IMG/VR virus record: IMGVR_UViG_2850695442_000001
Source of the DNA: a virus
DNA length: 64,000 nt
Direction: 5' to 3' (one strand)
A program made the translations under genes and the position numbers. Below the pieces are notes generated by a model. The model ran no database searches, had not been told where the DNA came from, and was given only the letters and a program-made list of their open reading frames with translations. Position 1 is the first letter of the stretch; each line of letters opens with the position of its first letter. Shown here piece after piece: positions 8,820 to 16,603 of this stretch.

Positions 8820-10337
8820 ATGAGAGAACTCATAATTGATAATTTTGCAGGTGGCGGTGGCGCTTCAACAGGAATAGAAATGGCAATTGGTCGCTCGGTG
8901 GATGTTGCGATTAACCATGACCCGAACGCTATTGCAATGCACAAGGTCAACCATCCGACTACAAGACATTATTGTGAAGATGTTTTTCAAGTTGACCCTC
9001 ATGAAGCTACGAGAGGTCTCCCCGTTGCACTTTGCTGGTTTAGTCCTGATTGTAAGCATTTTTCTAAGGCAAAAGGCTCTACACCTGTTTCAAAGAAGAT
9101 TAGAGGTTTAGCCTGGGTAGCGGTCAAATGGGCAAAAGCAGTGAAACCGCGGGTCATCATTTTAGAAAATGTTGAAGAATTTCGGACATGGGGACCACTG
9201 ATAGAAACTGAAAAGGGATTGTTTCCAGACCCAGCTCACAAAGGCGAAACCTTTGAAGAATTTAAGTATGAGCTAGAAAAATGTGGTTACATCGTTGAAT
9301 TTAAAGAACTCAGAGCTTGTGATTATGGAGCCCCCACGACAAGAAAAAGGCTGTTTCTTATTGCACGTTCGGACGGCAAGCTAATTGTTTTTCCTGAAGC
9401 AACTCATGCCCCCAAAGATACTTTAGAGGTGCTTAGTGGATTAAAGCTTCCTTACCATTCTGCTGCAGAATGCATTGACTGGAATATTCCTGGACAATCT
9501 ATCTTTGACCGAAAGAAACCACTGGCAGAAAATACCATGAAGCGGATTGCCAGAGGTTTACAAAAATTTGTAATTCATAATCCAAACCCTTTTATTGTCA
9601 GAATCGGACAAACAGGATTTGGTGGAGACCGACTTTCCTATTCCTTAGAGCAGTCATTAACCACAATTACCACAAAAGCAGAACACTGTTTGGTTACGCC
9701 TACCATTATGGTTAATACCTCTGGACATCCGGGTTCAAGTGTTACTGAACCACTCAAAACAATTACTACTGGCGGGCATCAGGCACTTATTCAAACCAGT
9801 TGGATTAAAGAAGATTACTCCAAATCCACAGGGACAGATATCAGTAAGCCTGTTGGAACGATTACTGCACAAAGTGTTCATCAAGGTGTTATGTCGGCTT
9901 TTCTCTGCAAGCATTATGGCGGAAATTATCAAGGTGCAGGGATTGATGTCAGAAATCCAACCGATACAATAACGCAGGTTGACCATCATGCATTGGTTGA
10001 AGCGTTCCTGATAAAATATTATGGCTCGGATACGGGTCAAAGCCTCAATGACCCACTTCACACGATTCCAACTAAGGACCGGTTTGGTTTAGTTAGAATT
10101 GAAAATCAAGATTATCGGATAGTCGATATCACAATGCGGATGTTGCAACCGCATGAGCTTTCTAAAGCCCAAGGATTGCCCGAAGACTACATTATCGACC
10201 GAGACCCCGAAGGAAATAAAGTAAGTAAAGCCGTACAAACCGCAAGAATTGGGAACATGGTGGTTCCACAATGCGCAGAAGCGCTTGTTCGAGCCAACTT
10301 ACCAGAGTTATGTCAAACCACTCAAAATTCGAACTGA
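8820..10337 (+). CDS. dcm: DNA (cytosine-5)-methyltransferase, orphan, phage/plasmid type
   Basis: Motif I DNFAGGGGAS, motif IV SPDCKHFS, motif VI ENVEEF, motif VIII RKRLFLIAR, C-terminal IGNMV. No cognate endonuclease is adjacent. Confidence 0.95.
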   Translation: MRELIIDNFAGGGGASTGIEMAIGRSVDVAINHDPNAIAMHKVNHPTTRHYCEDVFQVDPHEATRGLPVALCWFSPDCKHFSKAKGSTPVSKKIRGLAWVAVKWAKAVKPRVIILENVEEFRTWGPLIETEKGLFPDPAHKGETFEEFKYELEKCGYIVEFKELRACDYGAPTTRKRLFLIARSDGKLIVFPEATHAPKDTLEVLSGLKLPYHSAAECIDWNIPGQSIFDRKKPLAENTMKRIARGLQKFVIHNPNPFIVRIGQTGFGGDRLSYSLEQSLTTITTKAEHCLVTPTIMVNTSGHPGSSVTEPLKTITTGGHQALIQTSWIKEDYSKSTGTDISKPVGTITAQSVHQGVMSAFLCKHYGGNYQGAGIDVRNPTDTITQVDHHALVEAFLIKYYGSDTGQSLNDPLHTIPTKDRFGLVRIENQDYRIVDITMRMLQPHELSKAQGLPEDYIIDRDPEGNKVSKAVQTARIGNMVVPQCAEALVRANLPELCQTTQNSN

Positions 10338-10512
10338 TGCAAAGCTATGGACAACGCTAGATTTAGAGAGAAAAATAAATATCGTTGCATCATGGATTGA
10401 ACTCATTGAAAATCAACATGTTAAACTGATGCACATTGATGATGGAACAAGTGATTTTGCTGAAAATTTAGCGAAAGTTCTAACTTGTCCTTTGGAAGAT
10501 TTATTAGATTAA

Positions 10513-10550
10513 GGACTTGTTTTAAGCTCAAAAATTATTTTTGAGATAAT
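10513..10550 (+). promoter_or_regulatory. conserved bipartite promoter motif GGACTT-N26-GATAAT, copy 1
   Basis: aaGGACTTgttt...tgaGATAAT upstream of ORF 10568. Confidence 0.75.
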
Positions 10551-10567
10551 AAAAGTAGAGGCAAAAT

Positions 10568-11422
10568 TTGTTGTTAGAGGAGAAAATACACATGTTTGGT
10601 CAAAAAAAGAAAAATATCTTAGATGATTTAAACGAAGAATTGGTAGATAGCGCTGCTGAGGAAACGCAAGAAACACTTGAGGAATTAAAGCATATAGAAG
10701 AAACTGACAAAGCGGCGGCGAAAAAGGTTGAAGACGAACGCCTCCAACAGCAAGCAGAAACAGTACGTCAACAGGCAGAGAATGCCGAACGCCTTCGACA
10801 TCAAGAAGGGCTTGAGAAGCAAGAATATTTAGAACGTGAACGACAACAAGCCCGTGAAGCAGCTGAACGTCGCCAAAAAGAATTGGAAGCTAAACAGAGT
10901 CATATTACTTCTCCTCAAAAAGAAAAATTAGATAATTATCTACAACAGTTACAAGTCAAACAAAGTGAGATAGCAAAAACGGTAAATCTGTTTGAGTTAA
11001 TACCGGCTCTTCATGAAGCGAGTGAAAGTTCGATTGCAAAGTTTGAAGATGATGAGGTAAGTAAATTAGCTACTGAAATTCAAAAAATGGATAAACGAGT
11101 GGAATTGAAAGATAAGGCTAAAGAAGCATCACGCGCTCGCCAGGAAAAGGAAGTGTCACGTTTAGATGCATTCTATCATGCACAAGAGTTAGAGAGAATT
11201 GCCGAAGTTCAGCGCTATATAAAAAAACAGCGAGAGGAGGAGCAAGAAGCAGTTCGAGATGCTGAAGCAAATACACTGAATCAAACATTACTTGAAATCG
11301 AAAATACAGAAACTGAAAAATTGGATACTTACTCTAAAAATCAAACAGAGCGCATTCGCTTTGAAAAGAAACATTATCAAGAAATGTGTAAAGACTCACT
11401 CAACAAGATTTTGGGGAAGTAA
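10568..11422 (+). CDS. coiled-coil hypothetical protein
   Basis: E/Q/R/K-rich helical 284-aa ORF. Confidence 0.75.
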   Translation: MLLEEKIHMFGQKKKNILDDLNEELVDSAAEETQETLEELKHIEETDKAAAKKVEDERLQQQAETVRQQAENAERLRHQEGLEKQEYLERERQQAREAAERRQKELEAKQSHITSPQKEKLDNYLQQLQVKQSEIAKTVNLFELIPALHEASESSIAKFEDDEVSKLATEIQKMDKRVELKDKAKEASRARQEKEVSRLDAFYHAQELERIAEVQRYIKKQREEEQEAVRDAEANTLNQTLLEIENTETEKLDTYSKNQTERIRFEKKHYQEMCKDSLNKILGK

Positions 11423-11592
11423 TTATGAAGGGAAAAATTTCGCTATGACAGCTAAACACCAACAATTTAATTTTTTGCCTAATGACCCACAAAAAAAGAA
11501 AGCTACTTTGCGGGACATTACTACTAAAGATACAGGATGGTTCCAAAGTGATTTTAAGGCACGTATTGCTGCTCTAGGAAGTCAGGATAATC

Positions 11593-12315
11593 ATGCGACA
11601 ACGTAATAGTAATTATGAAAGTTCTCACGAAACACAGCGTGGTGCAAGTAAGGCACGCACGGAAGCCATGACGACTTATTTTACTCAGCCTTTAATTACA
11701 GTAGATACGCCTGAAACGATTGCCAAACGTTATCTTCCCGTCTCAGTACTTTCAAGACATGTGGAAGATTTCATGCAAGAAGAACGTGGCGAGGGTTGGG
11801 TTATGATAAATGACGAATTGTCTCAAGAAGAAAACTCACTTTTGTTAATGAAGGAACAATACTATGAGAAATATTTATATTATCAGAGTTTTTATAAAAG
11901 TCATGACCGCCGACTGAGCACCATGATGCCGCTCATTCGTATGCTTAAACATAGCACTTATGAAGGTTTGGCTGCTAAACAAAAACGAAATTCTATTATT
12001 TTTGGAAGTCTGTTAATTCTAAGCGCATTGATTATTCTCGCACTTTTGCGTGTTGTATTGGCTACACCATATACTTTACTAGCAAGTATATTTGTAGGCT
12101 TATTTTTGGGTGTTTTTTTAATCTTTCAGTATGCCTACAAGCAAGATGTAGAAGATTTACTCCTGGATGCTGAGGTGCGAGAAGTTTTAAATAAAAAGTT
12201 CCAATATATTTTAGGACAAATCTTTAGAAATGCTGTAAATAATATCCAAGAATTACCAAATGCAGAAGAAAAAATGGGAAAACGGAGTATTTTCCCGACA
12301 AAATTTGGGTCATGA
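11593..12315 (+). CDS. hypothetical membrane protein
   Basis: Two TM-like segments near the C-terminus. Confidence 0.7.
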   Translation: MRQRNSNYESSHETQRGASKARTEAMTTYFTQPLITVDTPETIAKRYLPVSVLSRHVEDFMQEERGEGWVMINDELSQEENSLLLMKEQYYEKYLYYQSFYKSHDRRLSTMMPLIRMLKHSTYEGLAAKQKRNSIIFGSLLILSALIILALLRVVLATPYTLLASIFVGLFLGVFLIFQYAYKQDVEDLLLDAEVREVLNKKFQYILGQIFRNAVNNIQELPNAEEKMGKRSIFPTKFGS

Positions 12316-12401
12316 TAAAATAATAATGTGAGATTTTATATCTTTATATCTTTATATCTTTGTACAACTTTTATTCTAGGTACGTTCTCCTAGAATATCT
12401 A

Positions 12402-12474
12402 AGCAGAGTAGAGCAATGGCAGCTCATCTGGTTCATACCCAGAATTGGTGATGGTTCGAGTCCATCCTCTGCAA
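12402..12474 (+). tRNA. tRNA-Met(CAU), initiator-like
   Basis: Cloverleaf: acceptor AGCAGAG/CTCTGCA with a 1:72 mismatch, D stem GAGC/GCTC, anticodon arm TCTGG-TTCATAC-CCAGA, T arm GATGG-TTCGAGT-CCATC. CCA is not encoded. Confidence 0.9.
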
Positions 12475-12479
12475 TTATT

Positions 12480-13055
12480 GTCTCATCTCGGTTATACAGG
12501 GCTTGATAACCCTCCGAGAGCCTTTCTAAGTATGCCCTTAGTGGTGTATGAAAGTAACCTTTGTAAGTTTTAGTGGTGATAACCCCTAAGCGCGAAGATT
12601 GAAGCGTGTGAGCGTGAATTTGCTAGTAAAAGCTAGTGTGAAATGGAAGGTGTGGCAATGTTTTATCACTTTAGTGCATTCTTCTTTTCGGTAGATAGAA
12701 TTATACGGTGGTTGTTGCGAAAACCACAAGCAGCCGTATAGCTCAGTGAGGCTTGCTCTAGCTGGCAAGGAAACCTGAGTATTGCTAAGCAATCTGCTGT
12801 GTCGTGAAACTGAGAAATCAGGGTATAAGAGAAGCGAGAAGTTCAAGTAGCCCAAGACACATACTCATAATAAAAACATTTACTAAATTATATGTTGAAA
12901 TCTGTATCGGGTGAAAGTTGGGAGATTTTGTTTCTCGCCCAATCATTAAAAGCAATAGGAGCTAAGAGAGTTGCTACTCTTAGTAGAGCCTGTTGGGATT
13001 GTCGCATAATTAAGAGGAGTAAAACATTGTTTGGAGAAAAACCGGGACAATATTT
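12480..13055 (+). ncRNA. large ornate structured RNA candidate (ROOL-like; GOLLD is the alternative)
   Basis: ~575-nt GC-richer segment between tRNAs with only weak RBS-less ORFs and many helices: CTCGG/CCGAG, TATACGG/CCGTATA, TGGTT/AACCA, CTCAG/CTGAG, CTTGC/GCAAG, TTGGG/CCCAA, CTAAGAG/CTCTTAG, ATTGTC/GACAAT. Size and tRNA context fit ROOL. Confidence 0.55.
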
Positions 13056-13056
13056 T

Positions 13057-13145
13057 GGAGAAATAGAATGTAATTTGGTATCAGGCTAGACTTGAAATCT
13101 AGCAATCGCAAATGCGGTGTGTCGGTTCAAATCCGACTTTCTCCT
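13057..13145 (+). tRNA. tRNA-Ser(UGA)
   Basis: GGAGAAA/TTTCTCC acceptor, CTAGA-CTTGAAA-TCTAG anticodon arm, long variable arm, GTCGG-TTCAAAT-CCGAC. Confidence 0.9.
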
Positions 13146-13222
13146 TTGCCATTGTGGCGCATTTACCTAGTTTTTGTTGTTATTGTTTTGGTAGGAATTT
13201 TGCTGAAAATCCTACCTCTCAT

Positions 13223-13295
13223 AGAGAAGTAGCTCAGCGGGGAGAGCAGTGGTTTTACACTCCATATGTCAGCGGTTCAAATCCGTTCTTCTCTA
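13223..13295 (+). tRNA. tRNA-Val(UAC)
   Basis: AGAGAAG/CTTCTCT acceptor, GCTC/GAGC D stem, anticodon loop TTTACAC (stem has a T.T mismatch), T loop TTCAAAT. Confidence 0.85.
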
Positions 13296-13389
13296 TAAGC
13301 GTCAAATCTATGCTAGTAGATTTGGTGGTATTCTAGCAGATGCAATTTAAGAGCGTTCGCTTCCTCTTTGACAAATCGGAAAGACGAAA

Positions 13390-13461
13390 GTGCTTGTAGC
13401 TCAATGGTAGAGTGTTGGCTTACAGAGCCAAAGGTTGTAGGTTCAAGTCCTACCAAGCATG
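13390..13461 (+). tRNA. tRNA with ACA anticodon (nominally Cys; Arg(ACG)-like body)
   Basis: GTGCTTG/CAAGCAT acceptor, TTGGC-TTACAGA-GCCAA anticodon arm, GTAGG-TTCAAGT-CCTAC T arm, G73. Confidence 0.85.
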
Positions 13462-13496
13462 TAGTTATCATGATGATTTTTGATAGCATAATAACT

Positions 13497-13570
13497 CTGA
13501 ATATGGCTCAGTTTGGTAGAGCACCTGTTTTGGGAACAGGAGAGCGCAGGTTCAAATCCTGCTATTCAGA
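13497..13570 (+). tRNA. tRNA-Pro(UGG)
   Basis: CTGAATA/TATTCAG acceptor, CCTGT-TTTGGGA-ACAGG anticodon arm, GCAGG-TTCAAAT-CCTGC. Confidence 0.92.
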
Positions 13571-13580
13571 TTTTACAAAT

Positions 13581-13651
13581 GGTTTTGCTCAACAGTCAGA
13601 GTATCCAAACAAATTTGGGTTGGATAGGAGTTCGATACTCACACAGAACCA
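13581..13651 (+). ncRNA. degenerate tRNA-like element
   Basis: GGTTTTG/CAGAACC 7-bp acceptor-like stem, CTC/GAG D-like stem, long TATCCAA/TTGGATA arm with an 11-nt loop, and GAG-TTCGATA-CTC T-like arm. Confidence 0.5.
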
Positions 13652-13679
13652 CTATATATTTAAGAAAGAAGTAAAAAGG

Positions 13680-14012
13680 ATGAGAGATACAAAATCATTA
13701 TTGCCTAAATTTGAATATTTCAAATCTCCGAAAAGCGGAAAACTTAGAAAAGTTAAAAATGGCTATTCTTGGACAGTTATGCTATTTGGAATAATTGTAT
13801 TATTATTTCGCAGAGAATGGAAAATTGCGGGTATTGCCGTAGCAATCATTATTGCCTTTTCTGGACTAATGGTCATGTTTCACTTAGATGGAGGCAATGC
13901 ACTATTGCTTGCAGGTTGGATTTTTTATGGCTTTAAAGCAAATGAGCAGCGTAAGCATGACTTGCTTAATGCTGGCTATGAATTAGTAGATATGCCAGAG
14001 AAAACGGAATAA
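13680..14012 (+). CDS. small membrane protein (DUF2628-like)
   Basis: True start is ATG 13680 after RBS AAGGA; contains GYSWTVMLFGIIVLLFRREWK. The upstream part of the track ORF runs over tRNA genes and is spurious. Confidence 0.65.
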   Translation: MRDTKSLLPKFEYFKSPKSGKLRKVKNGYSWTVMLFGIIVLLFRREWKIAGIAVAIIIAFSGLMVMFHLDGGNALLLAGWIFYGFKANEQRKHDLLNAGYELVDMPEKTE

Positions 14013-14178
14013 TGTTGCTCATGCAGCATTATTTTTTGAAGAATCAAGATGAATAACAGAAAACTGATTAAAACTCCATCACTACACGAAGGAGATGTAT
14101 TGAAAGTCAATAACCGGCTGGTGCGCGTAAAACTTACAGGTGTTGGTTGGAAATATGTTGAGTTAGGAGAGAATTACC

Positions 14179-14766
14179 ATGTCACAGTATCGCAGAAGCA
14201 AGAAAAATCAAAAAAATGAAGATTATTGGAATCGACCGGTCTTTGAAAAAAATAAAGTTGAAGAAAGAAAGCGAGTTGTTTATCTCAAAGATGAGGAGAT
14301 AAAGGATAAGAGAGGCAATAAAAAACATAGCAATCTTTTAATATGGTGGCTTCTATTTTTGATTTTCACGCTTATTCTTATACTTGTAGGAGTCGTAGTT
14401 TTCGCAACAAAGACACCGGCAGGACCGCAAACACAGAAGAATTTTGCGCAAGTAAGTGTAAAGAAAAGTAGCGCTAAGAAACACTTTTCAAGCAAAGATA
14501 CGATACAATCTTCTAGCTTAGATACAACGGAGATGACAGAAACGCAAGAAACACTTCCTAGTTCTTCTAATGTGCCTGAAATGTCATCTAATGCACCATC
14601 AGATACACCGACAAGTAGTTCAGGGAAATATACGTTAAAGACAGTTTCCTCATCAGGAAGAACAAGTATAACTTATTTTGATGATTTACAAAGTGCTATC
14701 AATCAGGGAATTGCTTTGGTGAATAGTGGACAAGCCATAAATTATTGGGTGACAAACTCAAATTAA
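14179..14766 (+). CDS. membrane-anchored Ser/Thr-rich protein
   Basis: Basic N-terminus, single TM, Ser/Thr-rich linker, small C-terminal domain. Confidence 0.7.
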   Translation: MSQYRRSKKNQKNEDYWNRPVFEKNKVEERKRVVYLKDEEIKDKRGNKKHSNLLIWWLLFLIFTLILILVGVVVFATKTPAGPQTQKNFAQVSVKKSSAKKHFSSKDTIQSSSLDTTEMTETQETLPSSSNVPEMSSNAPSDTPTSSSGKYTLKTVSSSGRTSITYFDDLQSAINQGIALVNSGQAINYWVTNSN

Positions 14767-14825
14767 GTTTAATAATACACAATTCGTTACATATTGCTAC
14801 AAATTGAGACAATTTGTGTTTGCTT

Positions 14826-16224
14826 TATGGAACAACACCGAAAAACTCGGTATTTTAATGCCGAGATGAAAGGTGCTTTACTGTTAATTTACCCGACGAC
14901 TTTTTTCCCATGAGATAATAAGAGAGGAAGTTGATACTTAACGAAAGGAAGAATAATAAATGGTTATACGAAAAATCGCTCAAAAAATACCTTTCAAACC
15001 AACAAAGAAGCAAATTCAGTTCTTTGCGGATTGTTTTGGTGCGAGAAGATTTGTGTATAACAGCCAAGTTGCTGTATTCAATACTTACTTTGAAGAAAAT
15101 AAGAAGTTAGTCTATCCTAAAATCACAGACCTTAAACATGAGAATGAGTGGTTAAGAGGAAGTGTTGTGCCTGCTCACAGTCTCTCTAATGCACTCATGG
15201 ATTTTGGTAAAGCTCGTTCTGCCTACTTCAAAAAGAAAAAGTATTCAAAAAATCGTCCTCGATTTCAAAGCCGTCACGATTACATTCAATCGTTCAGAAA
15301 TGGAATGCCTCTAAAAACAATTCGTGAAAACGGACGCTACCAACTTTCAAAGAAGCTAGGATATATTAAAATCCGTAAACGTGACAACCTCCGCTATCCT
15401 ATTGAACAGATGACCCAATGGACAGTCAAGCGTGAGGGCGACAAATACTATATCGTCTTCTTGTTCACGGTTGAAGTTGAAACGCAATCTGAAACCACTG
15501 GTGCAGTTGGTATTGACCTTGGCATTAAAGACTTCGCTATCACATCGGACGGCGAAAAAATAGATTTGCCTGAACAAATCGGAAAACTGGAAGCCAAAGT
15601 GATAAAAGAACAGCGTAAACTTTCACGAAAACAAAAAGGCAAAGGCAAGCAGTCGAACAACTTCTATAAGCAAAAAGCGAAGTTACAAAAGGCTCATGCT
15701 AAAGTTCGTCATGTTCGTGAGAACTTCCATCATCATGTGTCAAAACAGCTCGTTGAAGAAAACCAATTCATTGCTTTGGAAACATTGAGACCTTCTAATA
15801 TGATAAAGAACCACAAGCTGGCTCGTTCGATTGCACGAGCAGGCTGGCGACAATTCACCAATCAGTTGGAATATAAAGCTCAATGGTATGGACGTACCGT
15901 ACAACACGTGGGGCAATACTATGCAAGTTCAAAGACTTGTGGAAATTGTGGCATCATCTATCACGGTCTTAAACTTTCTGAAAGAGAGTGGACGTGTTCA
16001 GAGTGCGGCACCCATCATGACAGAGACCTTAACGCAAGCCAAAACATTCTCAAAGAAGCACAACGATTAGCTTCTTAAAATAAATACTTGTAATTGTTAA
16101 AGAACCGACCGACAATCGGGGATAGCTCGCTCAATATAAGAACCTCTGGCACACGGAAACAAATCCGGAGTCAAGTCTGCTTAGTTCGCGAGAATCTCGG
16201 TACTTTAGTACCGAGAATGTTCAA
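14826..16224 (+). mobile_element. non-autonomous IS200/IS605-family element (tnpB only)
   Basis: Left-end hairpin CTCGGTA-TTTTAA-TGCCGAG (14846-14865); right-end hairpin CTCGGTAC-TTTA-GTACCGAG followed by TTCAA (16220-16224). No tnpA. The left boundary is approximate. Confidence 0.8.
14960..16078 (+). CDS. tnpB: RNA-guided endonuclease TnpB
   Basis: Ruv[12 protein letters not shown], RuvC-II IALETL, Zn finger SSKTCGNCG...CSECG, Ruv[15 protein letters not shown]. The D-E-D triad is intact. Confidence 0.95.
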   Translation: MVIRKIAQKIPFKPTKKQIQFFADCFGARRFVYNSQVAVFNTYFEENKKLVYPKITDLKHENEWLRGSVVPAHSLSNALMDFGKARSAYFKKKKYSKNRPRFQSRHDYIQSFRNGMPLKTIRENGRYQLSKKLGYIKIRKRDNLRYPIEQMTQWTVKREGDKYYIVFLFTVEVETQSETTGAVGIDLGIKDFAITSDGEKIDLPEQIGKLEAKVIKEQRKLSRKQKGKGKQSNNFYKQKAKLQKAHAKVRHVRENFHHHVSKQLVEENQFIALETLRPSNMIKNHKLARSIARAGWRQFTNQLEYKAQWYGRTVQHVGQYYASSKTCGNCGIIYHGLKLSEREWTCSECGTHHDRDLNASQNILKEAQRLAS

Positions 16225-16244
16225 AGAAAAAAGGAGAAGCTATG
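16050..16244 (+). ncRNA. TnpB omega/reRNA scaffold plus 3' guide
   Basis: Structured region from the tnpB 3' end to the right-end hairpin and TTCAA. Predicted guide is the flank AGAAAAAAGGAGAAGCTATG. The 5' boundary is uncertain. Confidence 0.6.
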
Positions 16245-16248
16245 AAAT

Positions 16249-16473
16249 TTGGAAATAAAAAGAGTAAGAAATATTATGGGATATTCGCAAGCGAGTAAAA
16301 TGCGATGGTTTCCTTTTGAAAAATTTGAGCCACAATACGCTCAAGGATATATTCGATTAGAAGCTGATTCAAATGAAGTTGGATTTAGAGTTGTAGATAC
16401 TTATGGACGTAGAGATGAAGAACTTGAAAAAGAGGGATTTGTCTTTGAAAAAGGGAGCAGCCAAAGCACGTGA
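16249..16473 (+). CDS. hypothetical protein (start uncertain)
   Basis: 74-aa ORF. The best RBS precedes an out-of-frame ATG at 16242. Confidence 0.4.
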   Translation: MEIKRVRNIMGYSQASKMRWFPFEKFEPQYAQGYIRLEADSNEVGFRVVDTYGRRDEELEKEGFVFEKGSSQST

Positions 16474-16559
16474 GAGCGTGCTTTTTATAATGGTTTAAAT
16501 AAAAATAATTATTTTTTAGCTGCTAAGAAAAGTGAAAAAATATATAAAAAGCAGAAGAA

Positions 16560-16597
16560 GGACTTGTTTTTGGTCAAAAAATTGTGCGTGAGATAAT
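16560..16597 (+). promoter_or_regulatory. GGACTT-N26-GATAAT motif, copy 2
   Basis: aaGGACTTgttt...tgaGATAAT, followed by ~850 nt with no ORF. Confidence 0.75.
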
Positions 16598-16603
16598 AAA
16601 CAG

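Noticed and set aside
12335-12361. Triple TTTATATC repeat, and the (GTT)n run near 27377
   Set aside because: Short low-complexity repeats expected in AT-rich DNA, with no supporting context.
12586-13679. Track ORFs 12586-12855 (-), 12892-13089, 13112-13336 and the N-terminal half of 13368-14012
   Set aside because: They run across tRNA genes and the structured RNA, lack RBSs and have atypical composition. They are incidental frames.
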